NCBI GenBank assembly: GCA_041736155.1
Contig: JBGSUL010000002.1
Coordinates: 2,151 to 66,150 of the forward strand
Reading direction: 5' to 3'
DNA from: Bdellovibrionales bacterium
GTDB taxonomy: Bacteria; Bdellovibrionota; Bdellovibrionia; Bdellovibrionales; JAGQZY01
Length of the DNA: 64,000 nucleotides
Each line of letters starts with the position of its first letter. The stretch's first letter is position 1. The translations under genes and the position numbers were made by a program. Under the pieces are notes generated by a model. It had not been told where the DNA came from and ran no database searches. It saw nothing but the letters and a program-made list of their open reading frames with translations. Positions 27,577-36,060 of this stretch are shown here, one piece after another.

Positions 27577-28125
27577 TCAGTCTATGCAGTAAAGGCTGAG
27601 GTATTTATCACCATAGTTTTTGCGGTCAACCAGAGTGAGCGTCCCATATTGGTCGCCCAAAACCTCTTTTTTCCCAGCCTCGATGAAAATTTTCGCAGCG
27701 AATCGGGCCAATTCGGACTGACCATAAGCTTTGAGAACCTCATCGCCCATTTCTTCGGTAAAAGGGGGATCGATAAATACGATATCAAAACCCTCGGTAA
27801 AGGGACCCTGAAGATAGCGAAGGACATCTTTTCTAACAACCGTGAGATCCGCTTTGGGGATTTGTAATAAATCCCTGTTTTTTTGGATAATATCAATGGA
27901 TTGAGGATGTTTTTCCACCGCGGTCACATGGAGGGCTCCGCGCGAAAGGGCTTCAATAGCCAAGTTCCCCGTGCCCGAAAAAAGGTCTAAAACCCGAGCG
28001 CCTTCGATCTCGCCTTGCAACTTATTGAACATCACTTCCTTCACGCGATCAGTGGTGGGGCGAACGTGGTCTGCACGGAAAGACACTAAACGGCGGCTGC
28101 CGTATTTCCCAGAAATGATTCTCAT
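27577..28125 (-). CDS. rsmD: 16S rRNA (guanine966-N2)-methyltransferase
   Basis: MRIISGKYGSRRL N-terminus, DLFSGTGNLAIEALSRGA and FIDPPF motifs. Confidence 0.85.
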   Translation of the reverse strand: MRIISGKYGSRRLVSFRADHVRPTTDRVKEVMFNKLQGEIEGARVLDLFSGTGNLAIEALSRGALHVTAVEKHPQSIDIIQKNRDLLQIPKADLTVVRKDVLRYLQGPFTEGFDIVFIDPPFTEEMGDEVLKAYGQSELARFAAKIFIEAGKKEVLGDQYGTLTLVDRKNYGDKYLSLYCID

Positions 28126-28135
28126 TGGTGGTCTC

Positions 28136-28495
28136 TCATCGTTGGCCCATCACCGCGCGGATCTGCTCAACCACAGTAAAAATATTTTCAAACGGCTTAG
28201 TGATAAACAAATCAGCTCCTAGATTTTTAATGGACTCCACATCGTAGTCCGCAGCATATGCCGAAATCAGTACCACTTTTGCAGGGGTTTGGGCACGCAC
28301 TTTTTCGATGAGTTGCGGACCAGATAAACCGGGCATCAACACATCCAAGATCACGAGATCAGGCTGCATGGCGCGCCATTGTTTTTCGCCCTCGAGGCCA
28401 TCTTCGGCGGTGAGCACTTCGTCGCCTTGGCTTTTAAAAACCCGTGCGAGGGAAACACGGATCAGCGCTTCGTCATCGACAATTAATACTTTCAT
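28136..28495 (-). CDS. Single-domain response regulator (CheY-like receiver)
   Basis: 119 aa. MKVLIVDDE, DLVILDVLMPG, and a conserved Lys region (FITKPF). Confidence 0.85.
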   Translation of the reverse strand: MKVLIVDDEALIRVSLARVFKSQGDEVLTAEDGLEGEKQWRAMQPDLVILDVLMPGLSGPQLIEKVRAQTPAKVVLISAYAADYDVESIKNLGADLFITKPFENIFTVVEQIRAVMGQR

Positions 28496-30492
28496 GTTTC
28501 CACCTTGGCTAAACGGATTACGAACTCGCTCCCTTGAGCGACCTCTTCATTCAGCTCCAGCTTACCACCACACTTTTCCACTATGGAACGACTCAAACTC
28601 AAACCCAAGCCCGTACCTTGCCCTTCTTCTTTCGTGGTAAAAAATGGTGTGAAGATGGCTTCGCGAATATGTAGCGGAATTCCCGGGCCGTCATCGCGAA
28701 CAGCAAAATACACCGAGCTTTGATCGGTCCACGAGCGCAGAGTGAGATTTCCTGTTTCACCCATGGCTTGGCAAGCGTTGTTCACCAGATTGAAAATCAC
28801 TTGCTGAATTAACTGAGGCTCCACTTCCACGCTATCGTTGTCTTCCGTCAATTCGATATGACAGTTGTGGTAGCGCATCATGGTTTTTAAAAATGGCAAA
28901 GTTTTTTCCACAATGGCGCGGAAAGGAATTTTTTCTTTTTGTGTTTCGTGAAGAGAGGAAAAATCTAAGAGATTTTTAATAATAAGTTCCGAGCGTTGAG
29001 CAGCCATTTCGATTTCTTTAAGGTCATTTGTTGTTTGTTGTTGAGCAGTCGTGGCCGATACAGTCACTTGTTGGGCCGCCTGCGATTCGGCGATGAGAAT
29101 TTGTGCGAGTGAGCGAATGCCTGTCAGCGGATTATTCAGCTCGTGGGCTATGTTTCCGGCGAGTAAACCCAGCGCCGCCATTTTTTCGCTCTGAATGATC
29201 TGCCCTTGGAGTTTGGTTGCTTGTGTGATGTCAGCATAATGCACAATCATGTGTTGGTTCTTTTCATCCGCTTCGACAGAAATCGGATAAGCGTGCACTT
29301 CAAATAATTTGCCGTTACAGCTCACTTTGCCAGTTTGCGGTTTATGTTGCACAAACGCGTCGGCAACTGGACAGCCAATGCAGACCTTCTCGCGGTCGGC
29401 AAAACTGCGATAACAGACTTTGGCGGGCGTGCTGGAAAAACTTTTATTGGCACGTACCACATTGTAGTCTTTATCCAAAATCGCAATGGGCTCCATCAAA
29501 GAGTCAAAAGTGCTCGACCACTGGCGTGAGATCTGATGGGCCTTCCACTTCAGTGCTAAACGATCAAAAGCCACGCGCAGGGATTCACTTCGCCGCTCAA
29601 GAACTTGTAGAAAATGTTTTTGTTCGAGAGAGTCCATGCTGTGCTCAAAGATAAGAAAACCTTGATGCTCCTGTTGACCGACGGAGAGCAAAAGCAACGG
29701 TCCCATGGGGCGAGCTAAAGTGTCGGCCAGCATCTCGCGCAAGCGCTGAGGATCATTGAGCGTTTTTTGCACTTTTTCAAAATCTAAAGAGCGCTCAATA
29801 ATCTGCGGTCCTTGAAACGAAATACAGCGGAAACTTTGCGGAGTGAGAGAATAAATCATCAGCGGCGCTTCGGCTTTGTGGTATTTTAAAAATTCGTGTT
29901 TTAAAATTAAGACCAAGTCTTCAAAACCCTGCACGTTAGAAAGAGATTTAATAAATTTAATCAGATCGCGAATTTCTTTATTCTTCGACTCTGTCTCGCG
30001 GCGCGAGTGTTCCAAGTGGCTGGTGCGCTGCTCGACAATTTTTTCTAAGTTTTCGTTTAGCTCGTTGAGGGTTTTGTTTTGCCGACGCACGCGTCCCATA
30101 ATGTCCTGCATTTCCACTTGGCTGGTAAAGCGTGTGAAAACCTCTCTCCACACTTCGGGCCAGGTGGATTGAATGGACTCGCGATTGAGAATTTTTAAGA
30201 TGGATGATTTTTCACTGAGCAAAAGCAAATCGCTTTTGGAAATAAAATCGTAGACGTACACGGTTTTGAGTTTTTTCTGCAGCCGTTCTTCGTTTTGTGT
30301 CAACCACTGATGAAGTTTTAAGGGCGCAATCTCTGGCCCAGCGATAAGTAAAAAGTAAAACTCGTTAAATGGTGTTTTGAGAATTTCGTCGAGCGACGAG
30401 AGTGAATGAACTTTACAAATATCAGCCAGCGTCTTTTTCAGGTCCGGCGATGTGGTAAAAACCTCGATGAGTTGCAAGGAGTCTGACTTCAT
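28492..30492 (-). CDS. Cytoplasmic sensor histidine kinase (N-terminal unknown domain, coiled coil, PAS with a Cys motif, HisKA, HATPase)
   Basis: H-box IAHELNNPLTGI, N-box NLVNNACQA, G-boxes DDGPGI and GTGLGLS. No TM segments seen. 4-nt overlap with the response regulator gene. Confidence 0.85.
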   Translation of the reverse strand: MKSDSLQLIEVFTTSPDLKKTLADICKVHSLSSLDEILKTPFNEFYFLLIAGPEIAPLKLHQWLTQNEERLQKKLKTVYVYDFISKSDLLLLSEKSSILKILNRESIQSTWPEVWREVFTRFTSQVEMQDIMGRVRRQNKTLNELNENLEKIVEQRTSHLEHSRRETESKNKEIRDLIKFIKSLSNVQGFEDLVLILKHEFLKYHKAEAPLMIYSLTPQSFRCISFQGPQIIERSLDFEKVQKTLNDPQRLREMLADTLARPMGPLLLLSVGQQEHQGFLIFEHSMDSLEQKHFLQVLERRSESLRVAFDRLALKWKAHQISRQWSSTFDSLMEPIAILDKDYNVVRANKSFSSTPAKVCYRSFADREKVCIGCPVADAFVQHKPQTGKVSCNGKLFEVHAYPISVEADEKNQHMIVHYADITQATKLQGQIIQSEKMAALGLLAGNIAHELNNPLTGIRSLAQILIAESQAAQQVTVSATTAQQQTTNDLKEIEMAAQRSELIIKNLLDFSSLHETQKEKIPFRAIVEKTLPFLKTMMRYHNCHIELTEDNDSVEVEPQLIQQVIFNLVNNACQAMGETGNLTLRSWTDQSSVYFAVRDDGPGIPLHIREAIFTPFFTTKEEGQGTGLGLSLSRSIVEKCGGKLELNEEVAQGSEFVIRLAKVET

Positions 30493-30532
30493 TCCCCTTC
30501 ATTATGGCAGGAAAATCAGCGAAACTCCAAGC

Positions 30533-31648
30533 TCAATGCATCCCTACGACACGTTTTTGTCGTTCTTGGACACGCAGAAATAAATCCACACCCAAGAGTG
30601 CCTGATGCAGGCTCTTTTTTAGCTCCGCGCGCTTGGTTTTGGTGTAGCAATCCGCATAGGCACGCACCCAATTCCAGTGCGGTTGGTTGAGAACCTCTTT
30701 TTTCTTTTCCAAGTCGAGAAGACAACGCTGAAGAATCTTGCGCATAAACTCAAGTGTGGCCTCAAGATCGATGGTGTCCATGTTTTGTGCTTTTACAAAG
30801 ACATCTTCTAAAGAATAGGCTGGGCGCCCTGAATGTCCCAAAAAGGCTTTGAGGAACTGATCCAAGAAAGCTTCTGTGGCACTGACTGGGTGTTTTAAAA
30901 TCTTAATGGATGAATTCTGACGATCCATTTTAAAATACAGCAGATCCCAATCCACCTCGAGCACACTGTGGTTTACAAAGAGGTCTTCTATTTTTCCATT
31001 TTTGTAAAATTCAAAAATAAGTTGGATTTCGTCTTTTCTTAATAAGCCAAAGGTGTCGCCCATGATAATCAAACTTTGTGGCAAAAAAGACCCTGGTTTT
31101 TTAAAACGATAACAAAGCTCAATGGTCGGAATGTTTTTAAAATTCAAAAGTGCAGCCATCTCGGCCGAATAGGTCAATACAGGTGTAGTTAGGGGGTCCG
31201 GCAGCCCCCGCGCCAGGTTCTTCACGCCACTGATCATTTCAACATACTCAATTTTTTCCGAAAACGAACTCTGGGCAAACGAAAAATCTTGTTGCAGATG
31301 GAAATTATAACTTTCTTGAAAAAGAAGGGCGGTCTTTAACAAACCTTTTCCCGGCTCGGTAAAATCCACCACCAAGGACGATTTCAAATAATCGATTTCA
31401 TGCTCGACGTCGTCAATGTTCACCATTTGCACAAGCGACGGTATGTGGGCCGCCGAATGGGACGCTGAATAGACCGTCGAATGGGCTATCGGCTGGAACG
31501 TCAACAGATGTTCCTCCGAGGTCACAAAAAAACAAGCGGCACCTGTCGTCTGAGAAAAGAGCTCCGCCACCTTCAGCGAAGCCGCCACAGACACACGTCC
31601 GCCTAAATCCATAAAAACCGTTTGTGATCTCGTCGCGCTCCAACTCAT
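30533..31648 (-). CDS. Hypothetical protein
   Basis: 371-aa ORF with a 4-nt overlap with the upstream TPR gene. No family recognised. Confidence 0.6.
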   Translation of the reverse strand: MSWSATRSQTVFMDLGGRVSVAASLKVAELFSQTTGAACFFVTSEEHLLTFQPIAHSTVYSASHSAAHIPSLVQMVNIDDVEHEIDYLKSSLVVDFTEPGKGLLKTALLFQESYNFHLQQDFSFAQSSFSEKIEYVEMISGVKNLARGLPDPLTTPVLTYSAEMAALLNFKNIPTIELCYRFKKPGSFLPQSLIIMGDTFGLLRKDEIQLIFEFYKNGKIEDLFVNHSVLEVDWDLLYFKMDRQNSSIKILKHPVSATEAFLDQFLKAFLGHSGRPAYSLEDVFVKAQNMDTIDLEATLEFMRKILQRCLLDLEKKKEVLNQPHWNWVRAYADCYTKTKRAELKKSLHQALLGVDLFLRVQERQKRVVGMH

Positions 31649-32613
31649 AGCGACTCTCGTAAATACTGTTCCAGTTGCGCTATATGACGAGAATCCCCAC
31701 GGAAATTCTTTTTAAGAATAGGTAAAGACTCAAAGGCTTTTTTGTAGTTTTGTTGTTGAATGTACCAACCTACTTTGAGCGTTAAAGCTTCTTCATCTTG
31801 AGGGTTTTCCTTTAAAAAAGCATTGATCAGCTCAATGGTCGGTGGGCTAGCCGCGCCTAATTGCGACCAATTGAAATGCAAATAGAGAGCTAATTTATGA
31901 GAAGGATTTTTCTCTAAAACATTAGAAAGATTGGCGCAGGACAAGTCGTATTCGCCTACAGCGGCATGCACCAGCGCTAAACCTATAGACGCCTCGACAA
32001 AATCGGCATCTTTCTCGACCAATTTGGCAAAGCGGTTTTTGGCCTCATCCAATCTCTTGGAGTGAAGAAATAAATAGCCATAACACAATTCTAAATTGAG
32101 ATCGTTGGCATTCATCGAATAAGCGCGATTGTAGTACTCTTCAGCAGCTTCAAAGTCTTTGCAGCGCATGTAAAGGCTGCCCATGTTTTTATAAACGGTG
32201 TAGAGCATCCACGATGGCTCTGCCGTTTGATCGACAATTTGATGGAGAATTTCTAAAGCTTCACGCTCTTGCTCCGCTCCCGTAAGGGCCGTCGATAAAA
32301 GAAATTGGTTATCGACTGTGGGCTCCATATCAACGAGCTTACGAGCCGCATAGACTTTTCCTTCGGCGGACATTTTTTTGGATTCCAACCAATACATGTT
32401 TTTGTAAACAAAAGGTCTTTGATGAGTTTGTGCCACCTTGGCGATTTCTTGCCCAGCTTGTTCTAAATGATTCTGGTTCATAAAATAATGGAAGCGATCC
32501 ATACTTTCTGCGAGTTCAAGAGATTGTTGTAGTAATTCAACGTCGAAATATTTTTGATGTAGCACTGTTCCCCCTGTCGGTCCTGTTGCATTACAAAGCA
32601 AGAGGAGTGCCAA
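31645..32613 (-). CDS. TPR-repeat protein
   Basis: 322 aa with repeated A..Y..A...dp.....L-type TPR units (for example AEEYYNRAYSMNANDLNLELCYGYLFL). The TTG start is uncertain. Confidence 0.6.
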   Translation of the reverse strand: MALLLLCNATGPTGGTVLHQKYFDVELLQQSLELAESMDRFHYFMNQNHLEQAGQEIAKVAQTHQRPFVYKNMYWLESKKMSAEGKVYAARKLVDMEPTVDNQFLLSTALTGAEQEREALEILHQIVDQTAEPSWMLYTVYKNMGSLYMRCKDFEAAEEYYNRAYSMNANDLNLELCYGYLFLHSKRLDEAKNRFAKLVEKDADFVEASIGLALVHAAVGEYDLSCANLSNVLEKNPSHKLALYLHFNWSQLGAASPPTIELINAFLKENPQDEEALTLKVGWYIQQQNYKKAFESLPILKKNFRGDSRHIAQLEQYLRESL

Positions 32614-32692
32614 AAGAAATTGTGCTCAAAAGTGATTATAAACGAGGAGAAGTTGGAGCTCTTGACGGTTTCGATTACACCGTCATTATTTC

Positions 32693-32748
32693 GTCGTCCT
32701 GAGCGAAGTGAAGGATCTGCGCAGATCCTTCGCTTTGCTCAGGACGAC
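32693..32748. repeat. REP-like palindrome built on the CCTGAGCGAAG(Y)GAAGGA module
   Basis: GTCGTCCTGAGCGAAGTGAAGGATCTGC | GCAGATCCTTCGCTTTGCTCAGGACGAC. The 28-bp arms have two mismatches, both G:T-type on the + strand. A related copy lies at 53077-53133. Confidence 0.85.
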
Positions 32749-32835
32749 AGGCAACCAGGACGACGAGGTCGTCTAGATGTCGAAGCTAGTTCTTAGCCGA
32801 GGCGATGGGCTACAGCTAAAGGCGCTTGAGCTAAA

Positions 32836-33264
32836 TTACTCGATAATATCGGGCATAAAGCGATAGGCTTTTAATAAACGTCGCCCATCACGAACCGTCG
32901 TCAGTTTTCTGATCATGTTCGATTTTTCATTTTCGACACAACCTAACATAACCAAGTCCTGGGTCATAATGGAATTCACCAGCGCTTGTTTTCGTTCCAT
33001 GAGATTTTTAATTGTCGTCTTGTGTTCATCGCTCAACGTCTCCGTCTGGATATCTGCACTGTACTGATGAATGCGTTTATCGAGACTACGTATGCCTTCC
33101 AGCAAACTTTCGCGCATGGAATAGAGGTCTTCAAGATTTTCAAAGTTTCGCGCCTTAAAGCTTTTGCGCTCGTTGACAGAAACTTCAAGGAACATCTGCA
33201 AGTGATGATTCTTTTCCTCTAGCAACGCAATGATGAGATCCATGTTGTTGTGTTGACTAAGCAC
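32836..33264 (-). CDS. Hypothetical protein downstream of fliS (possibly a FliT/FlgN-like chaperone; position-based guess)
   Basis: 142-aa helical ORF. GTG start 7 nt after AAGGAG. It overlaps the fliS stop by 8 nt. Confidence 0.5.
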   Translation of the reverse strand: MLSQHNNMDLIIALLEEKNHHLQMFLEVSVNERKSFKARNFENLEDLYSMRESLLEGIRSLDKRIHQYSADIQTETLSDEHKTTIKNLMERKQALVNSIMTQDLVMLGCVENEKSNMIRKLTTVRDGRRLLKAYRFMPDIIE

Positions 33265-33649
33265 TTTGGGACTCCTTTTTTTTGATTGATTCCATAGCCT
33301 TTACCCATCCATCGTAAAGAATGCCTAAAATCTTTAGCGTATTATCTAAATGTTTTTCTTGACCGGTAATATTTGCCCGGGTGAGTTCTTCCATCATGTA
33401 GATGTAGAGCTGCTCAAGATTGGTTGCCACCGCAGGGGCCATCTTAAAATCGAGAGAACTCGCTAGCTCCATGACAATGTCATAGGCTCGACCGATCATC
33501 TCTCCACGGAGTTTGACATTTTTATTGACGTTAGCTTCTTTCGCTTGTTTGACAAAACGAATAGCTCCTTCGTAAAGCAAGAGTAAAACTTTTTCTTTAC
33601 TCGCACTCTCTATAGACGTTTTTTTATACTTCCCGTAACCCTGACTCAT
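33257..33649 (-). CDS. fliS: Flagellar export chaperone FliS
   Basis: Preferred ATG at 33649 (AGGTGG SD). Typical FliS core: VLLLLYEGAIRFVKQA...RAYDIVMELASSLD...LEQLYIYM. Confidence 0.8.
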   Translation of the reverse strand: MSQGYGKYKKTSIESASKEKVLLLLYEGAIRFVKQAKEANVNKNVKLRGEMIGRAYDIVMELASSLDFKMAPAVATNLEQLYIYMMEELTRANITGQEKHLDNTLKILGILYDGWVKAMESIKKKESQSA

Positions 33650-33670
33650 GCACAACCACCTTTTTCAACT

Positions 33671-35035
33671 TTAGCCACCACCGTTGCCCCCCACAATCGC
33701 TCCAACTTGCGCACCCTGCGCTTGCATTTTTGCCATTTGTTCTTCTAAACGAGAAAATTTTCTTCTTAGCTGATCTTCTTTTGTCGCTAAGTTTTTTTCT
33801 TTGTATTCAATACTGCGATCAATTTGCGACATTTGATTCTGCAGACCCTTCTTTTTGTTATTGATAACTCCCGACGCACTGAGGGTCGTATTGTCGATCA
33901 TCGTCTTGGTCTTGGCGATAAATCCCGACTGAGGAGAGCCATCTCCACGTAAAAACTCTAAAACATCCTTCGCATTGGTTTTAATTAATTTTTTAAATTT
34001 ATCTTCTTTAAAATCGAGAGTTCCGTTGCGATTAAATTCCACACCCAACTGGTTCACTCGGTTGATGGACCCTTTGCCACCATAAACCGGATCTAAAATA
34101 AGTTGTTTGATTCTCTGCTCTACGCTGCGCAAAGCGGAATCACCACCCAAGGTCTTTGAAGTGTCGGTTTTTTCATCCATTCTATTTTGTTGCTGAACAA
34201 ACGCTAAAACTCCGTTCATCGAATCCACAAAACTTTTGAGTTTTGTTTCGATAACATCGTAGTTCTCGGTGACTGAAATATTGACTTCTTTGCCCGGCTT
34301 GGCGCTCTTCATATCGAGCGAAACACCGGGAATGACTTCATTCAGTTTATTATTGACGACTTGCACATCAAAGCCATTGACCTTGATCAACCCGTTTTTC
34401 GAATCGCGCTCTTGATCAAAATAAAGATCCGACTCCCCATCCAAAAGATAGATGGTCGGAAAGGAGACATCATGGTTGTTGCCATAATGTTCAGAAGACA
34501 TAATCAGTCGATAGCCATCTTCTCCCTCAGAACCGTCTTGCACCACGGTGGCCGTGATTCCAATGTTTGCGGTGCTCACGGTGCGCGCAATGCCATCGAG
34601 AGTATTGTTAGAATCATTGATGAAAACTTTTTTCTCTCCATCTGGAGTATCGAATTTGAGATAGCCTACACCCATACGCGTTTTATCTTTGTCCGCAAAG
34701 ACATTAGAAAGCGCACCGGAGTTTTCCGCCAAACGTACCACTTCGATTTTCCATTGACCGGGAATGACTTTTTCCGATTCCACAGTTCCAGCGAGAACAT
34801 CAGGATCTGAAATGCTCAACGCATAATCTTGGAACTTCTTACCGCCGACGATAGTTCCCAGTTCCCCTTTGACTTTGTTGAGGCGTCCTTCCAGATCTGT
34901 GACTAATCCCATTTTGGTATCAAGCTTTTGTTTTTTCGCGTCCATTTGTTTTAATGGTTCGCGCTCGGCGATCATGATTTGATCGACGACAGACATTAAA
35001 CCTGATCCCACTCCGGGAATACGTACCCCTGGCAT
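33671..35035 (-). CDS. fliD: Flagellar filament capping protein FliD
   Basis: N-terminal GVGSGL motif, coiled-coil ends and a long central domain. Preferred ATG at 35035 (GGAGG upstream); the ORF-track start is 35053. Confidence 0.8.
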   Translation of the reverse strand: MPGVRIPGVGSGLMSVVDQIMIAEREPLKQMDAKKQKLDTKMGLVTDLEGRLNKVKGELGTIVGGKKFQDYALSISDPDVLAGTVESEKVIPGQWKIEVVRLAENSGALSNVFADKDKTRMGVGYLKFDTPDGEKKVFINDSNNTLDGIARTVSTANIGITATVVQDGSEGEDGYRLIMSSEHYGNNHDVSFPTIYLLDGESDLYFDQERDSKNGLIKVNGFDVQVVNNKLNEVIPGVSLDMKSAKPGKEVNISVTENYDVIETKLKSFVDSMNGVLAFVQQQNRMDEKTDTSKTLGGDSALRSVEQRIKQLILDPVYGGKGSINRVNQLGVEFNRNGTLDFKEDKFKKLIKTNAKDVLEFLRGDGSPQSGFIAKTKTMIDNTTLSASGVINNKKKGLQNQMSQIDRSIEYKEKNLATKEDQLRRKFSRLEEQMAKMQAQGAQVGAIVGGNGGG

Positions 35036-35128
35036 AATCCTCCAACTCTTCATTTATTATCAATGAGAAATGGATTATTTTGTGAGTCATTAATATGGCT
35101 CTCGGCCTACGGAGAGGCAAAAAGAACC

Positions 35129-35494
35129 TTAGGCGGCTTTATTAAAAATACGTCCACTCGTCTGGTCTAAACTGTCGAGAAGTTGGTAAAAGTCATCTTC
35201 TACGACACGACGAACGGTTTGTCCTTCGGCGGTTTTTATATACAAAACTTGTTGTGATTCCTCTTGAACTAGCTCTATGACAAGGCCATTGGCAACGATA
35301 CCGGCATGTCTCTTGAGATTCTCAATAATCTTTTCGAGCTCTTCGGGAGTTACTTTGCGGCGTTTTTCGCCAAAAGGTTGACGCCCGTCCGCATCTCTCT
35401 CGGCGGTATCGTGCGGTTTGATCGCACTCGACGCCTCACTCACCTTGGTCGGCGAGAGCACGGTTGGTATTTGAGTCAATGAACGAATATTCAT
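35129..35494 (-). CDS. flaG: FlaG-like flagellar protein
   Basis: 121 aa. The position between flagellin and fliD, and the C-terminal segment LVIELVQEESQQVLYIKTAEGQTVRRV, match the FlaG pattern. Confidence 0.6.
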   Translation of the reverse strand: MNIRSLTQIPTVLSPTKVSEASSAIKPHDTAERDADGRQPFGEKRRKVTPEELEKIIENLKRHAGIVANGLVIELVQEESQQVLYIKTAEGQTVRRVVEDDFYQLLDSLDQTSGRIFNKAA

Positions 35495-35555
35495 ACGTCT
35501 GCTTATCGGTATAAAAAATGGATTACTTTAAGACGGTGACTCTAATGAGACACTC

Positions 35556-35981
35556 TTAAGACTCTATTAAGACTCTATGGGGGGGGGTGCCCATGGCTTT
35601 GAGCCATTCTGGCGAGGGCTCAATGAGCTTTCTCGCTCGTAAATCAAAAAAGCCGTAAGTAAACACAGCCTTGCAGCACAGCTCTTCTTTTTGATTGTAA
35701 ATGTCTTGGTAAATCATGGAAATTTTGCCGTTGAAAGGGTCGGTACTTGTTAGAATTTTTATATTTTCGCGGAGTTTGAGTTCTTTGAGAAACTCTAATT
35801 GGACCTTGAGTATCACCGGTCCTTGTTGGCGTTTTTGAACTTCGGCTAAGCCGTAACCATTTTTTGTAATCACTTCCCAGCGCGCTTCTTCGAAGATTTC
35901 AAGGTAGACCGAATTATTGACATGACCAAAAGTATCCAAGTGGAATTCCTTTATGGTCATGCCATATTCTTCTAACTTCAT
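35556..35981 (-). CDS. Acyl-CoA thioesterase, YbgC/4-hydroxybenzoyl-CoA thioesterase (hot-dog) family
   Basis: DTFGHVNNSVYLEIFEEARWE active-site region. GGAGGA SD. Confidence 0.75.
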   Translation of the reverse strand: MKLEEYGMTIKEFHLDTFGHVNNSVYLEIFEEARWEVITKNGYGLAEVQKRQQGPVILKVQLEFLKELKLRENIKILTSTDPFNGKISMIYQDIYNQKEELCCKAVFTYGFFDLRARKLIEPSPEWLKAMGTPPHRVLIES

Positions 35982-35998
35982 AAATCCTCCGGGACCTC

Positions 35999-36029
35999 AA
36001 AAAATTGGACCCGCCCCATGCGGGCCCAA
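35999..36029 (-). terminator. Rho-independent terminator after the flagellin at 36061..36894
   Basis: Minus strand reads TTGGGCCCGC-atggg-GCGGGTCCAA followed by T6. Confidence 0.6.
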
Positions 36030-36060
36030 TAGAGGAAGAAGACTAACACTAACGACTCTC

